In this document: positions 1-11,437 of the stretch, piece by piece
How the letters are laid out: every line of letters begins with the position of its first letter
How positions within the stretch are numbered: the stretch's first letter is position 1
From: Planctomycetota bacterium
Lineage (GTDB): Bacteria > Planctomycetota > Planctomycetia > Planctomycetales > Planctomycetaceae
NCBI GenBank assembly: GCA_023417655.1
Contig: JAEZFD010000052.1
Coordinates: 3,150-67,149 of the forward strand
Direction: 5' to 3'
DNA length: 64,000 bases
Made by a program: the position numbers and the translations under genes
The notes under the pieces: generated by a model
Databases searched by the model: none
What the model was told of the DNA's origin: nothing
What the model saw: only the letters and a program-made list of their open reading frames with translations

Positions 1-1004
1 GTGTAGCCGGGATTGTTGGGATAAACGTTTCCATTCACCTGATCCAACTGCAACGCGACCGGACGAATCTGTCCATTTGCAGAGAGAACAGGGACAAGAG
101 CGTTCGTCCGATGTGTCTCACGTCCGTTGACGGTCGCATTCGCGAAGACCACATACTGCCGTCCCTGAGTGATCTGGGCCGGATCGAAGTCGATGCTGAA
201 CGGAATCGGATACTGATTGAAATTATCAACACGACGGCTGGCAATCGTCACACCTGTGGGTGAGTTCCCGAACACTTCCCGTAACTCCACGTTCAGAATG
301 GCGTTCGAAGGGAGTGTCTGGCGATTCAGCAGAGCGATTGTTCCGTTCAGTGTTGACAGTCGTGATTCCAGCTGAACAGGTACGTTGATCAGCTGACGAT
401 CCCGGCTGTTCTGAACCAGCAGAGAAACCCACCCATTCTGATCGGCGAGGCGGTCAAACTCAGAGCCGCAGTCAAACAGCTGCCCATTGACGTATCCAAC
501 CTGATAGCCGTTCACAGCGACGATCTGATCGTTGACTTCCAGACCGGCACGATGAGCTGCCCCGCCATGAACCACGTCATGAATGCGGACGCCTGTCTCG
601 AGATCTTTGGAATAGACCCCAAGGCGCCATTTCCGCAGCTGCGACGTTGTGGTCCCTGGAGCGACGAAGTTCGTCGATGTCCCTGGATTCAGCCGATCGC
701 GACCGGGATATAGCGAAGGATTCGGATTCGGATTCGGAGCGATTCGGGTCAAGGGATCATAATTCGGAGCTGTCGATCCCAGGAAAAGGCTGGGATTCAG
801 CAGTGGATCCAGACTGCTGCTGGTTCCGGTATTGAAATCATAGTACCCCTGCCCCGGAAGAACCGTGGTGTTGCCAGGGATATACCCTTGAGGGTAGGTG
901 GATGGGGTTGTTCCGACCGATGGATTCACAGCCCACGCCAGCGATGGAAGTGCAGCAGACAAGCAGCCCACCACCATCGTTGCCGCCAATGAAATCCGTT
1001 TCAT
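1..1004 (-). CDS. Secreted PDZ + YbaY/YscW-like domain protein (C-terminus runs off the window)
   Basis: Not in the ORF track because it is truncated. Manual translation from ATG 1004 gives signal peptide MKRISLAATMVVGCLSAALPSLAWA, a Pro/Thr/Asn-rich linker, PDZ-like WRLGVYSKDLETGVRIHDVVHGGAAHRAGLEVNDQIVAVNG, then YbaY-like LNGTIALLNRQTLPSNAILNVELRE...YPIPFSIDFDP...GRQYVV. Confidence 0.75.
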   Translation of the reverse strand, partial: MKRISLAATMVVGCLSAALPSLAWAVNPSVGTTPSTYPQGYIPGNTTVLPGQGYYDFNTGTSSSLDPLLNPSLFLGSTAPNYDPLTRIAPNPNPNPSLYPGRDRLNPGTSTNFVAPGTTTSQLRKWRLGVYSKDLETGVRIHDVVHGGAAHRAGLEVNDQIVAVNGYQVGYVNGQLFDCGSEFDRLADQNGWVSLLVQNSRDRQLINVPVQLESRLSTLNGTIALLNRQTLPSNAILNVELREVFGNSPTGVTIASRRVDNFNQYPIPFSIDFDPAQITQGRQYVVFANATVNGRETHRTNALVPVLSANGQIRPVALQLDQVNGNVYPNNPGY

Positions 1005-1359
1005 GACACGACTCCTGACTCACAATGAACTGTGAGATGATTTTGTTTGAATAAACAACCTGCCGGCAATGACCACTGCAGGGACGGAAATGATGACTTG
1101 GGAATCCCGCCCGCGGCGACCAGATTCACAAGACGGTAATGGAATTGCTGATCTGGAACGGCTGTGATCTCTCAGCACGGACTTTGATCAGGATGCACCC
1201 GCCGACTTGTGAACGTTTCCAGAGAAAACGCAGCCTCGACGGAATGAAAACAAGCGGAAATTTCTCTGCGAAGGCGGAACCTGCTCAGTGTGTTCGAATG
1301 TCAGATAACACCACACTGCCGCTGAACCGCCCGTGCTTCTTCAATACGTCGTTCTGCGA

Positions 1360-2337
1360 TTACTGCAGAACCCGCAATCCAACAGACTGCAGAGCCACGA
1401 GAGCAGGATTCGCTGGAATCGGAATCAATCCGCCGTTCAGGACATCCTGCTGTCCCCGCTGTGAAAAGATGTGCTTGTAGAATTCAGCCTGAACACCGCT
1501 CAGATCCTTGCCGGGAGGATGGTTCAGAATGATCTGCAAAGGACGAACCAGCGGGTAACCTGGAGTATTAATCCCGATCGCTGGCTGGCCTTCCTGAAGA
1601 GCAAGTGGAACTGCCTTCAGATCAGGAGTTGCTAATGCAGTGCCGCCGAAGCCGATTGCGTTCGGGGTGCTTGCGATCGCCTTCAGAGTTTCCAAACCAC
1701 TCTTGTGCTCGGTCATATCGTCACGGAATTCACCGCCGACGAGAACGACACCCTGAATGTAGACCTGAAGTCCAGTCTCATCCATGCGTCCCTGAGCAGC
1801 GATTGGCTGATTTGCGAGAGGTCCCTTCACGCCGAGTTCACCCCAGGTGGAGATCGTCTTCGGAGCTCCGCGCTTCAGGGTCTTTGACAAGAGTGCATCG
1901 AGCTGGGCAGGAGTGACCGACTCAATCGGGTTGTCCTTGTGGACATAGATGGCGATCTGTTCAAGAGCTGGCACGACCACGGTCGGTGGGTAGCCAAACT
2001 TGTCCTGAAACGCCTTGACTTCTTTTTCAGAGATCGGACGGCTCAGCAGAGCAAAGTCAGCCTGACCATTCAGCAGGGATGGGATGGCATTGGTTGAGCC
2101 CTTGGCGACCAGTTCAAACTCCACGCCGGGAGCTGCTTTCTTGAAGGAATCGGCCCAGATCGCAGCAAGCTGCGCCATGGTCATTGATCCGGCCAGCTTC
2201 ACTGTCCCGGTCGTTTTTTCAGCTGGGGTAAAGATCGGGAGCCCGGGATCAACTGGAGTTGTCTGGCCCATGCTGTTCTGAGCGCACGCGACCAGAACCG
2301 CGGCAGCCAACAGAAACTTCGCTCCGAACAATTTCAT
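1360..2337 (-). CDS. pstS: PstS-family phosphate-binding periplasmic protein
   Basis: Signal peptide from MKLFGAK (ATG 2337). Motifs LAGSMTM, KGSTNAI, LLSRPI, IYVHKDNP, YPLVRPL, FSQRGQ. Confidence 0.8.
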   Translation of the reverse strand: MKLFGAKFLLAAAVLVACAQNSMGQTTPVDPGLPIFTPAEKTTGTVKLAGSMTMAQLAAIWADSFKKAAPGVEFELVAKGSTNAIPSLLNGQADFALLSRPISEKEVKAFQDKFGYPPTVVVPALEQIAIYVHKDNPIESVTPAQLDALLSKTLKRGAPKTISTWGELGVKGPLANQPIAAQGRMDETGLQVYIQGVVLVGGEFRDDMTEHKSGLETLKAIASTPNAIGFGGTALATPDLKAVPLALQEGQPAIGINTPGYPLVRPLQIILNHPPGKDLSGVQAEFYKHIFSQRGQQDVLNGGLIPIPANPALVALQSVGLRVLQ

Positions 2338-2772
2338 TATAACTTCCCTCCTTGGGTCATAAGCTGCACAGGCGCCGGGAACATCGGCAGTCTGGCGGTC
2401 CAGATTCTTTTCCGGATGGCCACGCCCCCCATCAATGCAGGCACCTGGCGCGCAGCTGGAATTCGGGGAATATAGCGCAATCGGCAAAATCTGCTCAAGA
2501 TGAGTTTTTCCTACTCTTTTCCACTGATTCGCAAATCAGACCTCCCCCGATCCGCCGGAGAAGGAGAGAAAAAATCGAGCCGAGAAAGAAGATCGCCCGT
2601 GGAATTCCCGGGAGACTCGGTCTTCTCCATGGGGGTGAATCAAAATAGACTTAGTAAGCGGGAGAGAGCAGGGAATTTCTCTCTTTCGCCCATATCGCTG
2701 TAAACCGCCCCAGTGAGAAGGAGACCCGTGAACGATGCGGATTCTCTACCTAACTCTGGCAGGACAGGTCTG

Positions 2773-3276
2773 ATGCCCCTTCGAGTCCAACTTGAACAGC
2801 AATTACTCGCACTGTATGCCAGTCGGGCGGCAATGCCGACGAGCCTGCAGGTGAGTGAGTCCAGTGGAATCACACTCCGACTGGAATTGAGTCAGGTTGA
2901 CTCGATGAGTTGCGCATTCTCAGAGCTTGTGCTGTATGTTCCGCACCTGCAGAACGCGACATTTGATGTGGTGAAGCAGTGGGCGGCGGACCTCAGCCAG
3001 CGCATCACCTATCTCCTGGAAAAGATTGGTCCACTGGAATTCGATCCGAATAACCGGCAGGTTCTCATCAGGTCAACGCCTCCTCAGGCGGCAGCTCACG
3101 GCACTCGGTATTACGAGATTGTCCTCTCCTCCGCCGGGCAAGGCTCGTTCATCCTGAAGCGATTCGAGTCCATCGGAGGTCAGCCTGGGCGGAACCCTGT
3201 CGATTTGCAGCTCACCAACGAAGTGTTGTTTAAACTGGTTGATGATCTGGTCGCGACGATCCCGAGCGTCCCCTAG
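2773..3276 (+). CDS. Hypothetical protein
   Basis: Globular-looking 167 aa ORF from MPLRVQ with AGGA upstream. No family recognised. Confidence 0.7.
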   Translation: MPLRVQLEQQLLALYASRAAMPTSLQVSESSGITLRLELSQVDSMSCAFSELVLYVPHLQNATFDVVKQWAADLSQRITYLLEKIGPLEFDPNNRQVLIRSTPPQAAAHGTRYYEIVLSSAGQGSFILKRFESIGGQPGRNPVDLQLTNEVLFKLVDDLVATIPSVP

Positions 3277-3479
3277 CGCTCCTTGAAGAAATCCGTCTCT
3301 CTTCCCGGGCAAGGCGCACGGCGCAGCAGATGCTTAGACAGGAATAAGCCGTTCAGATTCCTTTGAATGCGTCTGCCGGGAGAAGCAAGGCAATGTGATC
3401 GGCGTCGTGTAAGATGATCTGACGGGGCCCTGTTCGTTCAGGACCGCGATTCACTGTCCCGGAACAGTCAGACCGCTTC

Positions 3480-5072
3480 ATGTTCTCACGCCGCACGGTC
3501 ACGCTTGCGATCCTGACTCTCTTGCCGTTGCTGGTTTATCTCGGCCTCGGTGCTTATGCCCTCTGGCAAACTGGCTGGTTTGCATGGACGTTCTGGATCA
3601 TCCCGGGCTGCTGGCTGTTCACATGGCTGGTATCGATTATCTGGAAACCGGAACGGGTACGGACGGCAGCCACCATCAAACGCGCGGACCATCTGACGCC
3701 TCGCGACGACTCCGCACTGGCAATCATTCGACGTTATCAGGAGCAGGTCGACTCCATTCCTCTGATGGAACTCACGAATCCGGAATTCTATCTGAATCAG
3801 GCGATCGCGCTGTCGCGTGACCTGGCGCAGCACTACCACCCGAAGGCCAAGGACCCAATTGACTCCCTGACGATCCCCGAGGTGCTCGCCGCCGCAAGAC
3901 TCGCGATCGATGACATGGAGCGCTGGATGCTCGAGGACGTTCCCGGGAGTCGCCTGGTGACGATTCGCCAGTGGAAATGGCTCCAGCACGCTCCCAAGTG
4001 GATCAAACGCGCTCAGGATACAACCTGGCTTGCAAGCATCCTGATCAACCCTGCGAACGTTCTGAAATACTTCACGTCAGAACTGACTATGGGCCCGATC
4101 ACACAGAACCTGCAGACGGAATTCCTCGCCGTCGTCTATCTGCGGTTTATCCGCCAGACGGGGTTTTATCTCATCGAAATGAATAGTGGACGCCTCCGGG
4201 GCGGCGCCGAGGTGTATCGGCAGACATTCGGAACGGCTCAACAGCAGGCGCTGACCCCAAGTTCAACGGCTCCGCGTCTGAAGCCGGAATCGGTCACCGT
4301 CGCGATTGTCGGACAGGTCAAGGCAGGCAAGTCGAGCCTTGTGAATGCCCTGTTGAACCAGCAGGTCGCCAAGTCAGATGTGTTGCCCGAGACACAGCAT
4401 GTCTATCGTTATCGGATGGAGGTTCCTGAGAGCACCACGATTCTCACGTTACTCGACACGCCGGGCTATGCTGATGCCGGTGCTACGCGGGCTCAGATGA
4501 AGGAAGTCAAACAGGCCGCGAGAGAGGCCGACATTCTCCTCTTTGTGATGGCCGCAAATAGCCCCGCCCGTTCTGCCGACCGTGATGTCGTCGACGAGCT
4601 GAAAAAGTGGTGGGGAAATCATCCGGAACTCCGTCCCGCCCCAATCGTGATTTGCCTGACTCATATCGATCTGTTGAGCCCGGTGCTGGAATGGCAACCG
4701 CCATACGACTGGAAGACACCCACGAATCGGAAGGCCCAGAGCATTCACGACGCTGTCCGTCATGTGGAAGAACTTTTTCAGGATGTGACGACAACTGTCA
4801 TTCCTGTCTGCTCGGATGTTCAGCGGGGACGAACTTCTCAAATTTTTGAAGAATTACTCCCTGCGCTGCTGGCAGTTCTCTCAGAAGGTCAGATGGCCGC
4901 CGTTATCAAGTTGTTCCACCAGCACCTAAATAAAGAACGAGTCCAGACTTTGGTGCGGCAACTGAAAAATTCCGGGAAGATGTTACTCAATGCGTGGCTG
5001 GATGAACGCATGTCGCAAGTCCAATCTCCAGCCCGGGCTCCGACTCCGCCTGTCGAGAAGAAAACACCATAA
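3480..5072 (+). CDS. Membrane-anchored P-loop GTPase (Era/MMR_HSR1/YfjP-like)
   Basis: Two N-terminal TM segments. G1 GQVKAGKSS, G2 PET, G3 DTPG, G4-like THID. Confidence 0.8.
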   Translation: MFSRRTVTLAILTLLPLLVYLGLGAYALWQTGWFAWTFWIIPGCWLFTWLVSIIWKPERVRTAATIKRADHLTPRDDSALAIIRRYQEQVDSIPLMELTNPEFYLNQAIALSRDLAQHYHPKAKDPIDSLTIPEVLAAARLAIDDMERWMLEDVPGSRLVTIRQWKWLQHAPKWIKRAQDTTWLASILINPANVLKYFTSELTMGPITQNLQTEFLAVVYLRFIRQTGFYLIEMNSGRLRGGAEVYRQTFGTAQQQALTPSSTAPRLKPESVTVAIVGQVKAGKSSLVNALLNQQVAKSDVLPETQHVYRYRMEVPESTTILTLLDTPGYADAGATRAQMKEVKQAAREADILLFVMAANSPARSADRDVVDELKKWWGNHPELRPAPIVICLTHIDLLSPVLEWQPPYDWKTPTNRKAQSIHDAVRHVEELFQDVTTTVIPVCSDVQRGRTSQIFEELLPALLAVLSEGQMAAVIKLFHQHLNKERVQTLVRQLKNSGKMLLNAWLDERMSQVQSPARAPTPPVEKKTP

Positions 5073-5504
5073 ACCCCATAACAACAATAAATTACGGCAC
5101 CACACCCTTGCCGTGACATTCGTCTTGGCGCATCGGAATCCTTTGATCACTATACCCGCGCCGGGTGATTACTCCTTAATAAACCCAGGAGATCCCCGGG
5201 CAGAGTTTTCACGCCCTTCCATGCGTTCAGCCTCTGCCAGGACCATCAATTGAAGTGGCTTCTCCACGGACGAGTCACCGCTCAAGAGATCTGTCGAATG
5301 GGACCTTTAACGGTCACGGTCAAAGTTGATTTCCTCCTGCCACGCCCGAACTTCCAAGTTTGAAATCAGCCAACACGCTAAACCCTTTTAACGCGTCGGG
5401 CGATTTCCAGTCGATTGCCGGTAACACGATGTTGCCATGGCCGTTGCACTGCCCTCCCCCCAATTGCTGCCTCTCCGCAAGGACTTGTGAGACGGAGCCT
5501 CGCC

Positions 5505-6845
5505 ATGTTGTCGATTCAGGGCCAACGCGTTTCGTTATGTGACTCTCTCAGTCGCCGATCGTTCCTCAAGATCGGCGGGCTGGCGCTCGGTGGGCTCTCG
5601 CTCCCTCAGATGCTGCAGGCCGAGCACGCCAACCGCATCAATGGCGACGGCAAGGGAGTCATTATGATCTTCCTGCCAGGTGGGCCGCCTCATCAGGACA
5701 TGTGGGACATCAAGAATCAGGCCCCTCCTGAAATTCGCGGCGAGTTCTCTTCCATCCAGACGAAAGTCCCCGGGATCGAAATCTGCGAGCACTTTCCCCG
5801 GCTCGCTTCCTGTGCTGACAAGCTGACATTCATCCGGTCAATGGTCGGAGCCACAGGCCATCACTATGCCTTTCAGTGTCTGACGGGGAATGAGGACCGA
5901 AATCAGCCCGCCGGTGGCTGGCCATCGCTGGGAAGCGTGGTTTCCAGCGTGCTAGGTCGAACGGATCCTTCCATTCCTCCTTTCGTCGGTCTCTCTCCGA
6001 AAACCGGACACGCTCCCTGGGGAGATAACGGTCAGGCAGGATTCCTCGGACTCGCCAACGCCCCGTTCACTCCGGCGGGTGATGGAAAAGACAATCTCGT
6101 TCTCAATGGAATCACGCTCGATCGCCTGAATGATCGCCGACAGGTTCTCGCTTCCTTCGACCGTTTCCGATCATCGATCGACCACTCCGGCATGATGCAG
6201 GGAGTCGACGCCTTTCAGGAGCAGGCCTTCGGCATTCTCACTTCCAGCCGACTCGCTGAAGCCCTCGACATCGAACAGGAGCCGATCGAAGTTCGCGAAC
6301 GCTACGGCTATGGAGAAGACCGTCTGCAGGACGATGGCAGTACGCGGCTGCAGACAAACTTTCTGGTCGCCCGTCGTCTGATCGAAGCCGGTGTCCGGTG
6401 CGTGACGCTGTCATTCAGCCGTTGGGACTGGCATGACCACAACTTCAAACAGGGACGCCGCGACTTCCCGCTGCTCGACCAGTCCGTCAGTGCCCTCGTC
6501 GAAGACCTCGATCAGCGAGGCATGTTGGACGACGTCTCGGTCATCGTCTGGGGAGAATTCGGCCGCAGCCCGAAGATCAACAACGTCGCCGGTCGCGACC
6601 ACTGGCCACAGGTCTCCTGCGCGTTGATGGCCGGCGGCGGCATGAAACATGGTCAGGTGATCGGAGCCACCAACCGGCTCGGGGAATACGTCACCCAGCG
6701 CCCGGTCCATTTTCAGGAAGTGTTCGCAACGCTCTATAAAGCGATGGGAATCGACGCGACCCGCCTGACCCTGAACGACCTCCAGGGCCGTCCCCGCTTC
6801 CTGATCGACCCGAACCTGTATCGCCCCATGCCAGAACTGATTTAA
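5505..6845 (+). CDS. DUF1501 domain protein with Tat-like signal
   Basis: LSRRSFLK twin-Arg motif. [26 protein letters not shown] and GRDHWP motifs typical of planctomycete DUF1501. Confidence 0.9.
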   Translation: MLSIQGQRVSLCDSLSRRSFLKIGGLALGGLSLPQMLQAEHANRINGDGKGVIMIFLPGGPPHQDMWDIKNQAPPEIRGEFSSIQTKVPGIEICEHFPRLASCADKLTFIRSMVGATGHHYAFQCLTGNEDRNQPAGGWPSLGSVVSSVLGRTDPSIPPFVGLSPKTGHAPWGDNGQAGFLGLANAPFTPAGDGKDNLVLNGITLDRLNDRRQVLASFDRFRSSIDHSGMMQGVDAFQEQAFGILTSSRLAEALDIEQEPIEVRERYGYGEDRLQDDGSTRLQTNFLVARRLIEAGVRCVTLSFSRWDWHDHNFKQGRRDFPLLDQSVSALVEDLDQRGMLDDVSVIVWGEFGRSPKINNVAGRDHWPQVSCALMAGGGMKHGQVIGATNRLGEYVTQRPVHFQEVFATLYKAMGIDATRLTLNDLQGRPRFLIDPNLYRPMPELI

Positions 6846-6916
6846 TCGGGCGCAGGAACAAAATCGTGTCCATGCTGGTGAACAGCTTCCCTGTTTGAGA
6901 TTGCTTGGATGAAAAC

Positions 6917-6962
6917 AAAAGAATCCCGTTGGTGACGAGCGCTGTCACTCTCGGGATTCTTT
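6917..6962 (-). terminator. Intrinsic terminator, copy 1 (probably bidirectional)
   Basis: AAAGAATCCCG...CGGGATTCTTT stem with flanking A/T tracts between convergent genes. Confidence 0.8.
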
Positions 6963-7025
6963 AATAGGCAGATTGACCACCGATTTCGACTTCAACCGGA
7001 TCGCCTCGAATCGTCCGGCACGGGC

Positions 7026-7364
7026 CTATTCTGGGATCTTGCTCGAGAGCGATTCAGCAAGTTTCTTGGTAGTTGCTGGCGATTTACTCGACTCAAGTTC
7101 AGCAAAGCCCTTCTTCAGTTCCTCGACGTTGACTCCTGAGTCGGCAGGAAGCTTATCGATTTCGTCACGAATCAGGCTGACGCCGCTGTCGATCGTTCCT
7201 GACTGAGCGACGGCATCCAGCCATTGCTTGATTCGCTGCTTAGAAGTGATTGTCACCTGAGGCACGGATGACTGCTCGTACTGTTGAGTTACTTCTCCAC
7301 ACCCCGAAGAAGCCAGGATGAGAGCGCCGAGTAGACAGAGCGAAGTGAGTCTCTGGATTGTCAT
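7026..7364 (-). CDS. Small lipoprotein, copy 1
   Basis: Signal peptide with lipobox-like ASSGC. 112 aa. Paralog at 9202-9540. Confidence 0.85.
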   Translation of the reverse strand: MTIQRLTSLCLLGALILASSGCGEVTQQYEQSSVPQVTITSKQRIKQWLDAVAQSGTIDSGVSLIRDEIDKLPADSGVNVEELKKGFAELESSKSPATTKKLAESLSSKIPE

Positions 7365-7535
7365 TGAAGCGTCTTTAAGGTTGTGTGTCTGAAAAGTGAG
7401 GTGGCGCCTTCACAAGAGAAAGCGTCACCTCTGATAAAGAAGAGCCGAGTGTGAGTTCCCAATTCTGCGGCAGGACCTGAAGCCAGTAAGACTCTGGAGT
7501 GTTCCGCAAGACCGAAACGTACGAACGATCAGTTC

Positions 7536-8558
7536 TTAGAATTCTCCCAGCGGCTGTCCGTCATCGCGGGCTCCAAGACGCTGCCATGTAATCAGGTCGA
7601 CGTTCGAACCGACAAATCGAACGGAGCCGTCCGCCAGAGCGACCTGCACGCCGCCGGTATGACGGCTGCGGGAAGAGACGAGACCCGACCGATCGGAACA
7701 GAGACCGAATGCAGGGCCGAATGCGCAGCTGCGATATTTCCAGTTGGGAGGAACCGCCGTGTGGAACAAGGTCTGATGCGGGTAAGGGGAGACCCAGTCT
7801 GACCCGCAGGTGCTCAATGACGCTTCAGACGGGATGCTCGACTCATTTGCAGCGCACGAGACCCCGGCGGCATCGATTTCGGATTGAGTCGGGAATGCAT
7901 TGTTTGCGAATGTCGGTGTCGTCGGATTTCGAACAATGTCCGAATCGGTAACAGAACTGTCGCTTCCATCACCCTGAAGAAGTTCTCCCAGCAGCAGCAC
8001 GTTAGACGTCCCGTCGAAAATGTCACTCATCGGTGTTTCGCGTCCTTGGACGATGACACCGTTGGTGCGCGCCCCGACCGCTGTCGCCGAGACACCGCTG
8101 TAAAGCGTCACGTTCGAGCCTGAGTTCCCGGCATAGTTATTTCCCGCGAGACCGTTTGAAATGATGCGGTCACTGGGGCACAGGAAGACAGGAATTCGTG
8201 AACGACGGACCTGTGAATTCGTACCGTTGTCGTAAGACAAATTGAGGTCGTAATTGTTATAAAGGGCCGTCTGTTCCAGGTAGGGGAGAATCGAGAACAT
8301 GGCACCATGTCCCCACCAGCTGCTTCCACCGGCGATCCCGTAGTGACCTTTCGGGAACATCTTGTACACGTCGTGATAATTGTGGAAGGCGAGGGCCAGC
8401 TGCTTCAAATTGTTTTTACACTGTGAGCGCCGTGCCGCTTCACGGGCCTGTTGAACTGCTGGTAGCAACAGGGCAATGAGCACTGCAATAATTGCGATGA
8501 CGACGAGCAATTCAATCAGGGTGAATCCAACTCGGCGGCGACGATTTCGCCAGTTCAT
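7536..8558 (-). CDS. DUF1559 prepilin-type cleavage/methylation protein, copy 1
   Basis: [42 protein letters not shown]-x9-DG ([12 protein letters not shown]). ATG 8558 with AAGGA RBS. Confidence 0.95.
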   Translation of the reverse strand: MNWRNRRRRVGFTLIELLVVIAIIAVLIALLLPAVQQAREAARRSQCKNNLKQLALAFHNYHDVYKMFPKGHYGIAGGSSWWGHGAMFSILPYLEQTALYNNYDLNLSYDNGTNSQVRRSRIPVFLCPSDRIISNGLAGNNYAGNSGSNVTLYSGVSATAVGARTNGVIVQGRETPMSDIFDGTSNVLLLGELLQGDGSDSSVTDSDIVRNPTTPTFANNAFPTQSEIDAAGVSCAANESSIPSEASLSTCGSDWVSPYPHQTLFHTAVPPNWKYRSCAFGPAFGLCSDRSGLVSSRSRHTGGVQVALADGSVRFVGSNVDLITWQRLGARDDGQPLGEF

Positions 8559-8849
8559 GAATCTGTCCTTAAGTTGAAGAAAAAGAGCGAAGCAAACGGT
8601 GTTGGGAATAACAATGCTTTCTGATGAATGCATGTTGGATGAGGGAAAATTGGACAGTCAGCATCAAAGAAGGAGGCGACATTCTGAATTCGCTCGGTGG
8701 TTGCAGTCAGTCAAGTCGTTGGGCAAGTAGACTCCCGTCCCTCTCGCAATCGAATCGGATAGGGCTCGTCGACGGGCTCGTCGTCTCCGCTACGTAAGCG
8801 GCTCTCACAGGCATAAATACGCAACCATAAAAAATTACTTACTCCACTC

Positions 8850-8879
8850 AGCTTACATCAACTTCTTTTCATTCGTCAA
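8850..8879 (-). promoter_or_regulatory. Putative sigma70 promoter TTGACG-N18-TAAGCT (copy 1)
   Basis: Hexamers and spacing conserved in the second copy while flanks diverge. Confidence 0.6.
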
Positions 8880-9092
8880 TAAATTGTTTTCATTCGATAA
8901 ACTACCTGTGCGCGCCGAGACATCAGCTTGCATGATCCTTTGGCGAAACGCTCTTTCGTAAACAGGCACAAACGCTTACACCAAAACAAATTACCACATC
9001 AGTCTAGTTCGCCCACAGGAACGCAATTGTGTCTGCTCTGCCGGACAGGTTCGTGAACAGTGGTCTCTGTTTTAAATGGCTTGGATGAAAAC

Positions 9093-9137
9093 AAAAGAAT
9101 CCCGTCGGTGACGAGCGCTGTCACCTTCGGGATTCTT
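9093..9137 (-). terminator. Intrinsic terminator, copy 2
   Basis: AAGAATCCCG...CGGGATTCTT stem with U-tract on the minus strand. Nearly identical to copy 1. Confidence 0.8.
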
Positions 9138-9201
9138 CGTTCGGTGGATGAACCACCGAATTTTCAGTCAGGCTGCTTGCCTGGATTTCGACGGAGCGTC
9201 T

Positions 9202-9540
9202 CTACTCCGGAATCTTGCTGGAGAGCGTCTCAGCCAGCTTCTTGGTCGCTCCCGGCGATTTGCTCGACTCAAGTTCCGCAATGCCCTTCTTCAGATCTTC
9301 GACGTTCACACCAGAGTCGGCAGGAAGCTTGTCGACTTCGTCACGAATCAGGCTGATACCGCTGTCGATCGTTCCTGACTGAGCGACACCATCCAGCCAT
9401 TGCTTGATTCGCTGCTTGGAAGTGATCGTCACATTTGGAGCGGCAGAGGTTTCGTACTGCTGCTTCACTTCTCCACATCCCGATGAGGCGAGGACGAGAG
9501 CGCCGAGCAGACAGAGAGTAGAGAGTCTCTGAATTGTCAT
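9202..9540 (-). CDS. Small lipoprotein, copy 2
   Basis: ASSGC lipobox. 16 of 112 residues differ from copy 1 (manual count). Confidence 0.85.
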   Translation of the reverse strand: MTIQRLSTLCLLGALVLASSGCGEVKQQYETSAAPNVTITSKQRIKQWLDGVAQSGTIDSGISLIRDEVDKLPADSGVNVEDLKKGIAELESSKSPGATKKLAETLSSKIPE

Positions 9541-9671
9541 GGAAAATGTCTTTAACGTTGTGTGTCTGAAAAGTGAGGTGACGCTCTCACAAGAGAAAGC
9601 GTCACCTTTGATTGAGAGAACCGTTTTTTCGTGTTCCGGGAGACGAGAGAGCTCGATAAAGCTGTCTTCTC

Positions 9672-10694
<1,023 letters not shown>

Positions 10695-11058
10695 GAAAGT
10701 GTCCTTACGTTGAAGAAAAATCACTGCAAAAGTTTCGGAGATAAAGATGCTTCCTGATGACCGTGCGTCCTCATGACGGAAGGTGGCAGACAGCATCGCG
10801 GAAGGAAGACGACATCCGTATCCGCTCTGTCAGAGCAGAGCGCATCAACGGTTGTCGTGCATACATGGCTTCGTGAATGGTGGAAGGGAGATCGTTGGGA
10901 AAGTGAGATGCTTGCGCGATCAAACTGCCATCGATCTCGCGATCAACTGGGAATAATTGATTCCCTCGGCGGGCATTGGTGGGTGTGTGGTCTTCCCTCT
11001 GCGAACGGCCTGAATGCCGGCTGTTCTTCCACTGCTGAGAGAAATGACCCAAACCCAA

Positions 11059-11088
11059 ACTTTACATCTCTTGCGATCCATTCGTCAA
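11059..11088 (-). promoter_or_regulatory. Putative sigma70 promoter TTGACG-N18-TAAAGT (copy 2)
   Basis: Matches the copy 1 element, including the GATGTAA context. Confidence 0.6.
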
Positions 11089-11437
11089 CGAATCGCTCCT
11101 ATTCGATGTATATTGTTGTGCGCGCCTGGCACATTCCATCGCCCAAATTCAGCGTGCCGCCACCTCCAGAAATCCAACACAAACCATTTCCGCATCAACT
11201 GTTAAGACACAACAGAACACAAAATCGCTCGAATACAAGTGTGGTGTAGGTGTGCTTGGACAGAGGAGGAGTCGAAGCCGCTGTAGGTGGAGAACGCGGC
11301 CCAGTGAGCGAATTTCTGAGGAGAGAGGACTTGCCGGTTGAGCAATGCGCACGGGAGGCTAGACGCCACCGATGTCCCTGCAAATCCCCAGCGCATCGGC
11401 TCAACTCACCGGCTCAGGATCAAGCTGAATATCAAAC

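Noticed and set aside
718..738. (GGATTC)n micro-repeat
   Set aside because: In-frame hexamer encoding PNPNPNP in a linker. It cannot shift the frame
11127..11142. TGGCACATTCCATCGC sigma54-like site
   Set aside because: GG-to-GC spacing is 11 rather than 10, and it points away from the DUF1559 gene
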